From Camelus dromedarius (Eukaryota), in NCBI RefSeq assembly GCF_036321535.1, contig NC_087437.1, positions 106,642,001 through 106,706,000 on the forward strand: a stretch of 64,000 bases of DNA, written 5' to 3'. The stretch's first letter is position 1. Each line of letters begins with the position of its first letter. Position numbers and translations under genes: made by a program. Shown in pieces: positions 37,454 through 50,300 of this stretch. Under the pieces are notes generated by a model. That model was given only the letters and a program-made list of their open reading frames with translations, made no database searches and was not told the DNA's origin.

Positions 37454-37914
37454 TGTCACCGAGTCCAAACTCATGCTGCTCATTGCGTGACGGCCAATAA
37501 ATTGGGAGATGAGGTTTTGGGGCAAGGAATAGCAACTTTATTCGGAAAGCCAGCAGACCGAGAGGATGGCAGACTAATGTCTTGGAGAACCATCCTGCTC
37601 CAGTCAGAATACAGGCTCCTTTTATACAAAACAAAACAAAACAAAACAAAACAAAGCAAAACAAAAACAGGGGAGGAGGTGTGGTTGGTTGTTGCAAACT
37701 TCTTGCTGTAGGAATTCTTTGTTCCTGCAGCTGTCCACATGGGTCAGCTCATGGTGCTCCTGCAAAACCTCCAACAAAACAAACAGTATTCTCTATTCTG
37801 CAACTTGTTATCTTTACGTGAGTGCAGAGCTAACAGGACTAGGAAACAGGGCACAGTGGTTAAAACTAAAGGAACAGATCCAATATAGAGTCAGATTGGT
37901 CCTCCTCTATTACA
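37454..37914 (-). mobile_element. ERV1-class solo LTR containing a (CAAAA)n microsatellite
   Basis: TG...CA termini; 4-bp TSD CTTC (37450-37453 / 37915-37918). Minus-strand AATAAA (TTTATT ~37537) and TATAAA (TTTATA ~37621). Confidence 0.88.
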
Positions 37915-39033
37915 CTTCTAATTCCTAACCTGTGCATATGACCTGTTTTTTTTCTGTCCCAGGCACAGCTTTACTGTCTACTTTTTGGCATCCAGCTTGA
38001 TTGCTGATGTCTCCTCTCCTCAGCTCCTTTTCTTCTCCAGGTGAATTAAAAAAAAAAAAAACCCAACACATCATTTTAGCAGTATTTTAAGAGAGAACAG
38101 AAGATGTAAACACATGTTTTCACTCAGCCACATTTAAAAAGCTGCGTCACTTTTCAAGTTTGCCCTTTCTCTTGGTATGCAGAATTAGATGGCAATGGTG
38201 GGGGATCATTTGCATAAAAAGCCCCAGTGCCTTCTGGAAGAGATACTGATCTTTCTTTTCAAAATTCAACGTTAAGGAAACCTTTACAGCGATCAAGGGC
38301 TGCAGACAAGAAAGAACAGCAAGCACTCCAGACAGAGGTTCACCTTGAGAAAAGAGTAGACTGTCCTAGTGACCCGGTGACGTACCTGTGCTGCTGGGAT
38401 GAGGGTCAGCTACGTGAGGCTGAACAAAAAAGAACCGTCTCCTTGGCACCCAAGAATAGGTACCAAACCAGTTTTCTATTGTTGAACGTGAATGCATGTG
38501 GTTTTCAGCTATTATGAGTAATGTCATCAATATCCTTCTACATACACTTTTGCACATGTTATTCTTTGTTTTTTTCACATTTTACACATTGTGTTGTGCC
38601 AGAGTACCTCCAGAGGAGTTGCTGCTTCCTCCGACTTAGTGCACTTTTATTTCAAGAAACAGGTTTTCTCATAAAGACCTAAAAAATTCTTTCTCTCTGA
38701 TTTCATAAATGGAAGAAATATTAAGGTCATTTGAGCCTCTGTTTTCATTTGAGTATGAATATTTGTTAAGGTTCAATTTCCTTTTTTGATGGAAATGGAA
38801 GGCAGTTATTATATAGTTGTAATACCTAATTATTAATATTCCAGAAAAAGGATATATTTTTTATGACCTCTGAGATTTCATTTTCACCCAGGTCCATATC
38901 TATTTATAAGTATATATTTACAAACACTTCTCTAGGAATTTCAGCCACGTGGAAGTAGTCTGATGATGAAATTCAAGAAGCCTTTGTTTGCACTATGTGT
39001 TTTTAAGGTTAATAGAAATGTGAAGTGGGCAGC

Positions 39034-39466
39034 TGTTGGTTTGCACCCTTGGGAGCTTCCTGGGTGAAATCTGGAATTGGCCCCCATACCCAGAGGGCAA
39101 GGAAAGGCCATTCAGAAAGAGGCAGGACCACTTGAGATTGGCAGGTGGCAATTTTAATAAGCAAAGCGGCTTACATATAAGCCACGTCTTGGGTGACCAG
39201 CAAGACAAGTAGATCTCTGCACCTGCCCACCAGAATCTTAAAGGTTTATACAGAGGTTTTAATGGGGTTCAGTCACACGACAGTGCAGAAAGTCTCCATA
39301 AGACATTACTCTCTCAAGGCTAAATCCTTGAAATGGTCCCAGCTATGGGAACAGTGGGCAGAATGTGTATTCCAAAGGCAGGAGAGGGGGTGAGGAGACT
39401 CAGAGTGCCCAAATCCAGCTCTTGGGTCAGCTGGCAGTCACATCCTCTTGATGACCTCCCCCAAGA
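39034..39466 (-). mobile_element. Solo LTR family A, copy 2
   Basis: Reverse complement of 2249-2671 (CTGCACCTGCCCACCAGAATCTT..., CTCTCTCAAGGCT...); TSD GCAGC at 39029-39033 and 39467-39471. Confidence 0.88.
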
Positions 39467-39511
39467 GCAGCAGAGCCCTAGAGAGAAAGCAACAATAACA
39501 GGACTCTCCCT

Positions 39512-39955
39512 CCCCAGTTTTATTGAGATATAACTGACATCCAACATTGCACACATTTCAGATATACAACATAATGATTTGATACATATTTATGTATGGT
39601 GAACTGATCACCACAACAAGTTTAGTTAACATCCATCACCTCACCTAGTTACCGCGTTTTTCCTTGTGATAAGAACTTTTAAGATTTACTCTCCTTGCAA
39701 CTTTCAAATGTACAATACGGTATTAACTCTAGGCATCACTGTGTCCATTACATCCTCAGACCTAATTCAACTTAAAGCGAGAAGTTTGGACTTTTTGACC
39801 AGCTTCACCCAACCCCAACCCCCAACCACAAATCTGATCTCTGTTTCTGTAAGTTTGGCTTTTTTTAGATTCCACGTATAAATCAGATCATACAGTATTT
39901 GTCTTTCTCTGTCTGATTTATTGCATTTGGCATGATAACACCAGGTTTATCGCCA
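39512..39955 (-). mobile_element. L1MA9-like 3' end
   Basis: CAGTTTTATTGAGATATAACTGACA...AAGTTTAGTTAACATCCATCACCTCAC...TTAGATTCCAC. Confidence 0.85.
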
Positions 39956-40654
39956 TTCTCATAAATACTGGAATGTGGCATGCACTTATCCGTGTTCCAG
40001 TATATTTAGACTGAATGATAGATAATTTCAGCATCCAGACTGTGAAAAAACATTGACTTTAAAGTATGGCACAAGATGGGACTCCAAAGTTGTGTGCTCT
40101 TCTCTGCTGTCCCACGTGGCTTTATGTGGTTGAACGTCCTCCACGAGAGGCTCTGGCAGTTGGATACGTGGCAATGACGGGAGGACTGCACCTGACGACA
40201 CCTGGGATCAGGTGGCACAGTTTGCAGTGCAAACCCTCTTGAAGGTGACTATTGATTTCCGGCCAAATGGACAGGCAGGTCACTTAATAAACAGTAGGAT
40301 TTTTTTGCTGAATTATCTTTAATTAAAAATATATCACACCTACCAATATAGCTTTAGTTTTTTTAAATAAAAATATTTTTAAATAGACTAGAAGTTACCT
40401 TCAGCTTCACTCATCTTCCCTCTCCCTCCACAATGTTCAGTTGAGCCTAGCAATTCAACTTCCAAGAATATCTTGGTGGTCAGTTATTTCTTTTCCATCC
40501 TGAGCCACCATTGCCTTCATTCATGTTCTAGCATGAATTCAGGAGGCCAAGCTTCTAATTAGGACCCCTGCTTCCAAGGTCTTCCTGACTTTATACCTCC
40601 CCACTCTGAACTCATTCAGTCATTCTCCTGCTTGAAAATCTTAATGGATAAATG

Positions 40655-41040
40655 AGTTACAAAGGGTTACGATAATACAAAGATGGGACGCTCTCTAGGG
40701 AGAGAAAGAAAGGCAGTCCTGCCACCCCTGGGCCTGAGGAAGTAAATAAGGGAACAGCAACCCAGAGTGAACTTGGGACTTTAGGACAGGCATGCTGGAT
40801 TTTGATAGAGGAATATAGTCACTACTGGGCAGGGAGGGATCTGGGAAAATAAACACCCCAACCTGCCTCTGCATGCCCTCTGCTCTCCTGCTGGAACCAG
40901 CCATTGCCAAACCCCGCCAAAAGCTGGAGGGCAAGCAGGGGGACTTGGTGATGCGGTCCACAGTGATTAGCTCCCTGGGGTCCAGAGCAGGTGGAGAGAG
41001 GATCTGGGGTGGAAGGGGCAGATGAAGGCAGTTCAGCACA
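40655..41040. mobile_element. Old ERVL LTR (LTR40/41-like) inserted in L2 (~40400-41262)
   Basis: GGGAAAATAAACACCCC...CCATTGCCAAACCCCG...GGAGGGCAAG...CAGAGCAGGTGGAGAGAGGATCTGG...AGCACA. Flanks read as sense L2, ending GTGCCCAATGAATGCTTGCTGA. Confidence 0.65.
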
Positions 41041-41669
41041 GTAGCTTTTCCTGAGTCCCCCGAGCTGAACTCATTTCGTCCTCATTGATAGTCCAGGAAC
41101 GTTTTGTTCATACTTCAGCCCAGGCACCTGTGATACATTTGTGATTTGTTCCCATGTTTAGACGATAAGCTCCTTCATTTAAGCTCTGTCTTAATTGTCT
41201 TCATATCCTTAGTTCGTAGCTTTGTCTCACACACAGTGGTGCCCAATGAATGCTTGCTGAGTCATGAAGGACAGAAAGTGGCGTGCTCACTTATATTCAG
41301 TGTCTATAATGAAAATAATGGCTGAAAGGAAATCCCATTCTCCCTACTGCATTTCATACACGGTACCTTTTGACAATGTCAGGTCAGCTTGAGTCAGGGA
41401 GAGGAGAAATGCAGAATGCAGAGATGGGTTTTGTTTAATTAGAGGAGGTCATGACAGTAAAAAAGCACTTTGTTAGATACAGTGCTATTCAGATATTACA
41501 TAGTATTATTACGGAGTTAAAATAAGGAGGAACAAAAGAGAACCAACAGAGAGCAGTCAATGGGGAGGAGAAGACTGAATCCTTTGTTAGTCGCTTTTAC
41601 CTGGAGAAAGTTAAAAGAGACAAACAAAAGTGCTTATTCAGCTAGGTCCAGTGACCAGATCAGGGTCAC

Positions 41670-41850
41670 TGAGGACTATTTTCTCTTCTAGTCCTGACTC
41701 ATTTTGTAGTATTTGGTAAATCACTTAACCTTTCTGCGGTGCCAGTTTTTCCAATCCATTAGGTGACTATTATAGTACATTCTTCCTGCTGATGAGCAAG
41801 GATGTTTGGGAGATTCATTTGATAATTGTTGTAAAGCACTTTGAGTCCCT
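41670..41850 (+). mobile_element. MIR SINE
   Basis: TTCTAGTCCTGACTC...GGTAAATCACTTAACCTTTCTG...TGTAAAGCACTTTG. Confidence 0.6.
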
Positions 41851-43479
41851 TAGAGAAAGCCAGGATCACAAGATTTATTGGAGATTATTAATTAGAAAGT
41901 CTTCCTGCATTAGTCAAGGCTCTGAGTCCTTTGTAGTTCATCTGCTTTTCTGTGGCTTTCCCAAATCCAGCCAAGTTTCCTTTACACAATTTCAAGGGTG
42001 CAACGATGTCCTATCCTGTGTCCCAAATGATGATGCTATAATCAAATTAACGCATTCAGGTAGATGTGAAAAATTAGAAAAGTTTGAGGATTTTGAGCCT
42101 GTCTTAAGGTGACTAGGGAAAACACTTAAGGTGGTTTGAGTGGAGAAAAGTTATCAGTGAGTGACCCAAATCAATCAGTTACATAACTGAAATGTTATGT
42201 CCTTTGGTACATGACGTATGACATACAACGCATGATGTTTCTGGCCTGCTAAGGGGAAAGAACAACTGGTTCCAGGACGACAGAATCTTCTGAGTTCTTA
42301 TTGTTTGACATGTAAAGGTTTGAGTCTGTTTTGATGTTGGTGATCCAGTTTTACGGAATTTTCCACTAAAGGATAAAACCTTTACAGATAATATCAGCAC
42401 CTCTTTATGGGATAACTAAGAGGCAGGGCCTCCTCCACAGGCTTTTGGGAGAATGAGAAAATACGTGGTTCTTTGGAAATCTCAGTCCTATTTTATTTTT
42501 TCGGATTGAGGAGTAATAGAGGATATTGCCCTATTATGGCTTTTTGGAATTTTTTTTTTAATTTAAAAAATTCCAGAGCATATAAATATTTATCTCATGG
42601 CTTAAGCTTTCATGACTCTAAAGAGAAGTTTAATATTGAATTGTACCTTTAGTCCTGCTCTGTCTCCCCTGAGAGCTGGCCTTATACCTTGGAGCAGTAG
42701 GTTTGCATATCGAAATGCCAGCCTGACCTAGCTGCCTGAAAGTCTGGAATGTCAGGCCCACAACAGAGTTCATTAATTTCTCACTGCAAGTTGGGAATTT
42801 CCTGTTACTCTCCTAAGTAATGCTAATTTCAGGTACACCCTTGCCACTAGGGAATTCTGGGTCCTCAGGGTTTTTAGCATCACCTGACATATGTATTATC
42901 ATCATAGACTGGCATCATATACTGTCATTCTGTCCCTTTTGCAGAACTCATAGAAATGGTGGTCACATGAAGTAGGCAGGAGTCATACCAACTCAGTTCA
43001 TGGTTATTGAAGCAACTATTAAGTCAACAGAGAAACTGCAGATACGTAAGATAACCATTTACATTTTCAATGATAGGATGCTAAATTTTCCTCAAGATTT
43101 TGGAGAGAGAATTAAAATACGACAAAGGACAGGGCCCACTGGGTCCCTCTCCCTTTGTGGTGAACACCTTATTTATTTCCTATCTTATTTTTATCTTTTT
43201 TTTAAATGAGTCACTGTTTTATTAATCTCATGTGTACACAGTGATTAAAAACTAGGCAAAATATTGTTTCCAACTCAAGGGCCCGAAGACCCACCTATAA
43301 TCAATAGATAAAACTTGTTTAATGCTGAGGCATTGGAGGTATTAAGTTGTTGCCCTGGCTTTGACTTTTAAAAAAATAGTTTACAAATAAATGAGACAGG
43401 ACAGGGTCTATGTGCTCCCTGTAAAATAATTCAAACAGGAACGTTTCAAAGTAATTGTCTTTCAGAGTCATACTTGCTT

Positions 43480-45640
43480 TTCCCCTCCCCTTGCCATGCT
43501 GCTGTCTTTGAAGCTCCAGTGCCCTTTTCCTGGGCTACGCCTGTAAGAAGCTTTTCAGAAACCTTTGCATACACACACATACCTGTATACACTGTGCATA
43601 TGTATCCATTTAAAACATTATACATATCCTATGTCATGTTTTCTGTATTAGTATATCTTTTTAATTTTGACAAAAAATGGATCTCACTCCATGTGCTATT
43701 CTGCAGTTCCTCTCTTGCACTTAATTATTATACATTGTTGGCATATTTCCAGCTCACTACAATCCATCTACCACATTCATCCTAATAGCCGCAAAGTATT
43801 CCCTTGAGATGTACCCTAATTTATCTAAACAATTCCCATTGGGCTGACATTTAAGTTGTTTCCAGTTTTTAGCTATTGCCCATATGATGCAATAAACATC
43901 TTTGTGCATTTTGTGGAGGGGAGGAGCATATGTGCAAGATAAATACCTAGAAATGGAATTTCTGGGCCAAGGCTATATGCATATGAACTTTGAGAAATTC
44001 TGCCAAATTGAAAAGGGCTGCATATGTTTACATTTTCACTAATACTGTGCTAAAGCTTTTTTTTTTTTTTAATCCAGGTCTTTACCGATTGGTAAACTAA
44101 GCCAAACCTCAGAGGGCTGGTCTAGCTTTGAAGACTGGCAAAGAAGAATGGGACTCTGATTAATATTGATTTTATTTCAGTTTACCCCTGAAAAGGCAAG
44201 CAAGCGGGGCAAAGGGATTCACTAGATCAGAGGTTCTCCAAGTGTCGTCCCTGGCCCAGGAGCATGGGCACCGCCTAGGAACTTGTTATAAATACAGGTT
44301 CTCAGGCCCCACCCTAGACCTCCTGAATCATAAATTCCCATGCCAAGGACCAGCAGTCTGAGTTTGAACAAGGCCTGCCTGTGATTCATCCGCTCACTGA
44401 AATTTGAGGACCACTGCTGTGGAGCTTGCCCAGAGCTCTCTTCATGGTGAACCTGGGATTCTCTGGTTCAGGCTGAAGGTGCCCCGGGCTGCATACTCTC
44501 TGCATCTCATACCATCTGGGTGGAGAACGGGCCACGCTGGCACTCAGTGGAGTAATTACTTCCATAAACAGCAATTCCTGCTGCCCCATAGTTATAAAGC
44601 TCGGTGTCTGTCCTGCTTCTTACTGCATTAGGAGGCGTGCAGTGGACGTGGCCAAATGTTAACAAAATTTTGGCTTCCTGTCTATCTGAAAAATGGCACC
44701 TTATCCCTATTTAATATTAATTTCTTTAATTATAAGTGAAATGAGATGAGCATCTTTTCATTTTATGGGCCATTGCACTTTTTTCCGCTTTACTGTTACC
44801 TTTTTATGTTCTTGGCCGTATTTTCTACTGACTGGTTGTCTCTTAATGAACTTGTAAGAGCAATTTTAATTTTAAAGAAATTTGTCTTTGTCATTGTGTT
44901 GCCAGTTTTTTTTCACCCAATTTGTCACTTGAACTCAGTAAATTTTTGCATCACAGATAGTTAAAGTTTTCATGCACATTAGTTTGTATTTTTCTGAATG
45001 TTGAATTTTATATAAGCTTAGGTGCATCTTCCCAACCCTAAGATAATTAAAAAATACTCACATCTTACTCTAAATTGTATGGTTTCATTTTCAGCATATT
45101 CATCTTTGATGTAAACAGAACTTATTGTTACTTAAGGAGTAAAGTATACACGTAAGCATATTTCCCTAAAGCTTAAAAGTTATTCCAGTTTCATTTATTA
45201 ATTTGTCTTATCTCCAATGATTTAAAGTAGCTTATTAATCATATTCAAAATCAGAATGTATACTTGGGGTTATGTTTGGTTTATTGCATTCATTGAGATT
45301 GCATTTAATTTGTAGCTCAATTTAGGGAAAAGAAAACTTTTAATATGAAGTTTTCCTAATCAAGAATAGAGCACATCTTTATACTTGCTCATTTTTTCTT
45401 TTTTCCTCAGGAGTTATTTAAATTTTTATGTATTTGTGAATTTCTAAATGTGATGTTTACATGTTACAATTTGTTTTTACTAATCATTTACATGTAGGAA
45501 AGCTCAGTATCTTTGTGTATTGGTTTCCTAGCCAGTCATCTTACTGAATTCTCATATTATTTAAGTTCATTGTTGGAGGATTCCTCTGGGCTTTTCAAGG
45601 TTACAATGATCATCTACAAATAATATAAAGCATCCTACCT
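43480..45640 (-). mobile_element. Ancient L1ME-type relic, interrupted
   Basis: GACATTTAAGTTGTTTCCAGTTTTTAGCTATTG...ATACCTAGAAATGGAATTTCTGGGCCAAGG; degenerate antisense ORF2 continues 44660-45640. Confidence 0.7.
44228..44416. mobile_element. hAT-Charlie MITE, MER5A
   Basis: CAGAGGTTCTCCAAGTG...CTCAGGCCCCACCCTAGACCTCCTGAATCA...TTTGAGGACCACTG, 189 bp. Confidence 0.88.
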
Positions 45641-45714
45641 ATGAGATTATATTTTTATTATAAAATGCATTTCATTGTAGAATATAACCTTCTTTCTAAT
45701 TTCCTCCTTTTAAA

Positions 45715-47962
45715 AATATCACCTTTAATGAAGTAAATATATATGCAACAAATTTTGCCAACTTGTCTGAATTTTGACAAATGTATAGTGATATTTTGTG
45801 TAGTTACACAAAAACACAGTTTATAAGTTGCATTTTTGTATAGTTACACAAAAATATAGCTTACATTACAATTGTGTAATAAACACCACAATTATGATCT
45901 AAAACATATCTAACACTCCATAAAGTTCCCTCCTGGTCCTTTTTAGTCAATGGCCTTTCCCTGTGTTCCCCCCCGGCAACCGCTAAATGGCTTTTGTCAT
46001 CGTAGTTTTGTCCTTTCTAGAATTTTGTGTACATGGAGTCATAGAATATGCAGGGTTTTTTGTGTGTCTGGATTTTTTCACTTAGTATTCCATTACGTGG
46101 ATATACAACAGTTTGTATATATTCACTAGTTGATGGACATTTAGGTTGCTTGCTATGTTTTGGTTATTAATGAAAAACATGGCTATGAACATTCAAATAC
46201 ATGTCTTTGGACATATGTTTCTCTTGGGTAAATAATTAGGAGTGAGATTGCTGAGTTGCATGGTAAGAGTATATTTCACTTAATAAGAAACTGCCAAACT
46301 TTTTTCATGTGGATGTACTATTTTGTATTTTCATCAGCGACATATGAGTGATTCAGGTGCTCCACATTCTCATTATCATTTGGTATTTTAAGTTAGGTGG
46401 CTTTTAAATTTGTTTTTGTTTTTGTTTTTAATTCTAATGAGTGTTTTGTGGTATATCAGTGTGTACGTGTAACGCAATTAACTTGTGCTTCCCTAATGAC
46501 TAATGATGGTGAGTATCTTTGCATATGCTCCCTTACCATTTATCAACCTGATTTGATGAAGTGTCTTTTCAAAAAATTTTCCCAGTTTTTAAATTGGATT
46601 CTTTGTCTTATTGAGTTGTAAGAGTTCTTTATATATTCTTAAAGCAAATATTTTATCAGCTATATGCTTTGTAGATATTTTATCCCAGTCTACAACTTGT
46701 CTTTTTATTTTCTTAACAGTGTCTTTTGAAGAGCAGACTTAATGTTTTTATTTTATTGAAGTATGTTTGATTTACAATATTAGTTTCAGGTTACAACATA
46801 GTGGTTCAATATTTTTATAATTACACTCCATTTAAAGTTATTACAGAATAATGGCTACATTTCCCTGTGCTGTACAATTTATCTTTGTAGCTTATTTACT
46901 TTATACATAGTAGTTTGTATCTCTTAATCCCATACCTTTATCTTGTCCCTCCTGTCCCTCTGCCACTGGTAACCACTATTTTGTTCTCGATATCTGTAAG
47001 TCTATTTCTGTTTTATTATATACATTTGGAAAACTTTTTAATTTTTAAAGTCCAAGTTATTAATTTTTTTGCTTTTATAGTGTGTGTTTTTATAGAAATC
47101 TAGTGTAACTAAAGGTAATAAAATTTTTCTCCTTTATTTTCTTCTAGAAGTTTTAAAGCTTTAATTCTTACAGGTTTGTGATCTAAGGTCTATGATCATT
47201 TTTTGAGTTAAATTTTGGATATAATGTAAAGATGAGGGTTGATGTTCTTTCTTTTGTTTTTGTATGTGAATATCCAAATTTCCAGCTCTGTATGCAAAAA
47301 GAATACCTTTTTCACAGTGAAATACATTGGCCCCTTTATTGGTAATCAATGAACTATGTATGTGTAGGTTTGTTTCTGGACTCACTATTCTGTTCCATTG
47401 ATTTATATGCCAATACCAAACTAACTTGATTACTACAGCTTTATACTAAATCTAAGTGTAAGCTTTATACTAAGTAGGAGTTTAAGACTTCAATTTTGTT
47501 TTTCTTTTTCAAAAGACTTCCAACTTTATTTTTCTTTTGGTTATTCTGGGTATTTTGAATTTCTATATAAATTTTAGAATCTGCATGAAATTTCTACAAA
47601 AGTCACTATTGGGATTTGGGAATTGTGTCAAATCTATAGATTAATTTGAGGATAACAGATATCTTATTTTACAAATTTACATTTTCTAATTCCTGAGCAC
47701 AGTATATCTCTCCATTTACCTAGTAGTCTTTAATTCCTGTCAGTAACTTTCAGTAGTCTTTTTTTGTTTTTAGGGTTTTTTAAAAATGAATATCTTTTTA
47801 TTGGATTGAGGAGGTTTTATTTTATTCCTAGTTTGCTACAAGTGATTCTATCACAAATGGGTGTTGAAGTCTGTACATTTTTTTCCTGCATCTATTGAGA
47901 TGATCATGTGGTTGTTCAATTTTAGTCTATTAATATATGATGATTCATATTTTTTCTAATGT
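45715..47962 (-). mobile_element. Old L1M-type element (3' UTR + deleted ORF2)
   Basis: Antisense ORF2 strings, e.g. TTTCTGGACTCACTATTCTGTTCCATTGATTTATATG and CTGCATCTATTGAGATGATCATGTG. Confidence 0.85.
46745..47025 (-). mobile_element. Cetartiodactyl-type L1 3' end nested in the older L1
   Basis: TTTTATTGAAGTATGTTTGATTTACAATATTAGTTTCAGG...TTTCCCTGTGCTGTACAAT. Confidence 0.8.
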
Positions 47963-49857
47963 TAGGCCTGACATTACAGCTAAAGAATTGCTAAAGGAAT
48001 TTTTTCTTCAGACAGAGGGGAGAAATCAGAGGGAAATTTGGACCATCAGGAATAAATAATGTATTTTAACTCCGGATTTGAAAGATTAAGAAATTAGCAT
48101 ATTCATACTTTCTTCCATCTCTTTTTTCCACCATTGCCCATTTTTTCTTAGTTATATTCTTACTTGCACATTTCAATGTTTGTAAGTTTGCATAATTGTT
48201 CAGCTCTACTTCTATATTCTAATCAACTCAATGCAAATCACAAATACTTTTGTGCCATGAATTCTTCCTTTCTCAGTTATTTTCACTGTAGCTCTTGTTT
48301 GATGAGAATTTATCATCAAGTAGTGTTTTGTTCCACAAGAGGGGCTATCTGTAAACTTCTTGGCTCACAGTTTTTGGGATACTAAATGTTGCTGTGAAGA
48401 AATCTGAGTTCACTCTGATTTTCCTCCTTGGTAGGTGCATTACTTTTCTGATTGAATGCTTCTATAATTTTATTTTTGTTCTTAAAGATAAGCAGCCTCC
48501 CCAGAAAATATTATATTGATTACTAGAATGAATTGCTTTTCTCTGGGACATGGTATGCCCTTTGGTCCTCACATTCAGGCCTCCCTTTACTTCAGAAATG
48601 TGTTCTATTTAAGATTTGAATGTTATTTCCAGATTCATTTGCTTGACTCCCTTTTCTGGTCAAGCCCACGTTGGCTCTATTTGATCTCTCTCCATATATA
48701 TCTTTCTAATTATCTTTGTCTCTTTGTTCTTTGCCATTTAAGTTTTGGGATTTTTATAAGTCTTTCTTCCATGTTCCAATTCTCTTTAAAAATAGCACCT
48801 TTTGTATTGTTTTTGTGTTTCTATTATCATTTTCATTTCTGTGGTGTTTGTAATGTTAATTTTGATATCTTTTGTAAACTCAGCCAGTTCACGTTTACCA
48901 CTTTTATTATTTCCTTTTTAATTTCATATCCCTCCTCAGAATTCTTTTCAGTTAATTCTTGCCCCTCTTTAATTTCATTGGGAGTGTAGAGAATTATTTG
49001 TCTAAGTCTTTCCCCTCCCCGCCGCCATTTCCCCTGTGGTACTTCTTTTCATGTATATTCTAATTTTTTACCCCTTGGTTTGAAAGAATTTTACAAGTGT
49101 TAAACAATTAGACCATTGCCAGTTGAGAGCATTCCCTAGATGGGAGAGTTAGAAATCTGGCATCAGGAATGGGGAGACTGGATTTAGATGGTGGGAGAGA
49201 CCATCCACAGGGCGGAGCATCACTGTGTAAGGCAGGGGCTGACTCTAGGATGTGACTTCCTGGGCTGAAGGAAACAGAGGAAAGAGAGCCCTAGTTTGAA
49301 GAGAGGAACAAGGCTAGTCTATGTGGCAAGACCCTCACCTGGCTTGCCTGAAGAAGCTGACCCACACAAGGAAAGCTGTAGGGAGCCATGCTCACACCAC
49401 CATCAGGTATACCTTTGTTTTATTTAAATGGCCGAGGTATTTTACCTTGGTTGAGTAAACATTTGTCATGACTGTAAAAACTTTCCTGAGTGTATCATTC
49501 CTGCTGGTCTCCACATATGGTCATTTAAAAAAGTCAAACAATAAAAAATATAGATAGCAAAAGTGAAAGTTAGCTTTTACTTCCTCTCAGTCCTTCACCC
49601 CATCCCTGTCAAATAAGTGACTACTGTGTAATGCTTTGCGTTGTCAATTTTTTGACCTTTTCCTGTGTATGCTTATACATAAGAATTTTGTTTTCACTAA
49701 TGTATCTCAGTGATCTTTTTATGCTGTTACTTCCTTTTCTCCCACAAAATGACTTTCATAGCACTGTACACTATGACTATAATATTGATTCTTTAACCAC
49801 CTACTGTTCTTGGCCGCATACCGTAAAATGTTGCAGTGAATAGTTCTTTTTCCCCCC

Positions 49858-50300
49858 AGAATTCCTGAGGTGTGATTTACAAATCAAAATTGTATATATT
49901 TAAGATGTACAATGCGATCTTTGGTGTACGTAGACATTGTGAAATAATTACAGTCAAGCTAGTTAATGTATCCACCAGCTCATATAGTTCCCTTTTCTTG
50001 TGTGTGGTGAGAATACTTAAGACCTACCCTCTGCAAATTTCAAGTAAACAATACATTATTAACTACAGTCACCATGCTGTACATTAGATCTCTGGAACTT
50101 ATTCATCTTATAACTGGAAGTTTATGCTGTTTGACCAACATCTCCCCACTTCCCTTATCCCCCAGCTCCTGGTAACCACCATTCAACTCTCTGTTTCTTT
50201 GAGTTTGATTTTTTTCAGATTCCACATTGAAGTGAGGTCATGCAATATTTGTCTTTCCCTGTCTGGCTTATTTCACTTAGCATAATGTCTTCCAGGTTTC
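49858..50300 (-). mobile_element. L1MA9-like 3' end nested in ancient L1 (~49520-51600)
   Basis: GAGGTGTGATTTACAAAT...GTGTGGTGAGAATACTTAAG...GTCTGGCTTATTTCACTTAGCATAATGTC. Confidence 0.85.

Noticed and set aside
48164..48989. Hydrophobic Phe/Leu/Ser-rich ORFs resembling membrane proteins
   Set aside because: Typical translation of T-rich, probably antisense LINE-derived sequence.
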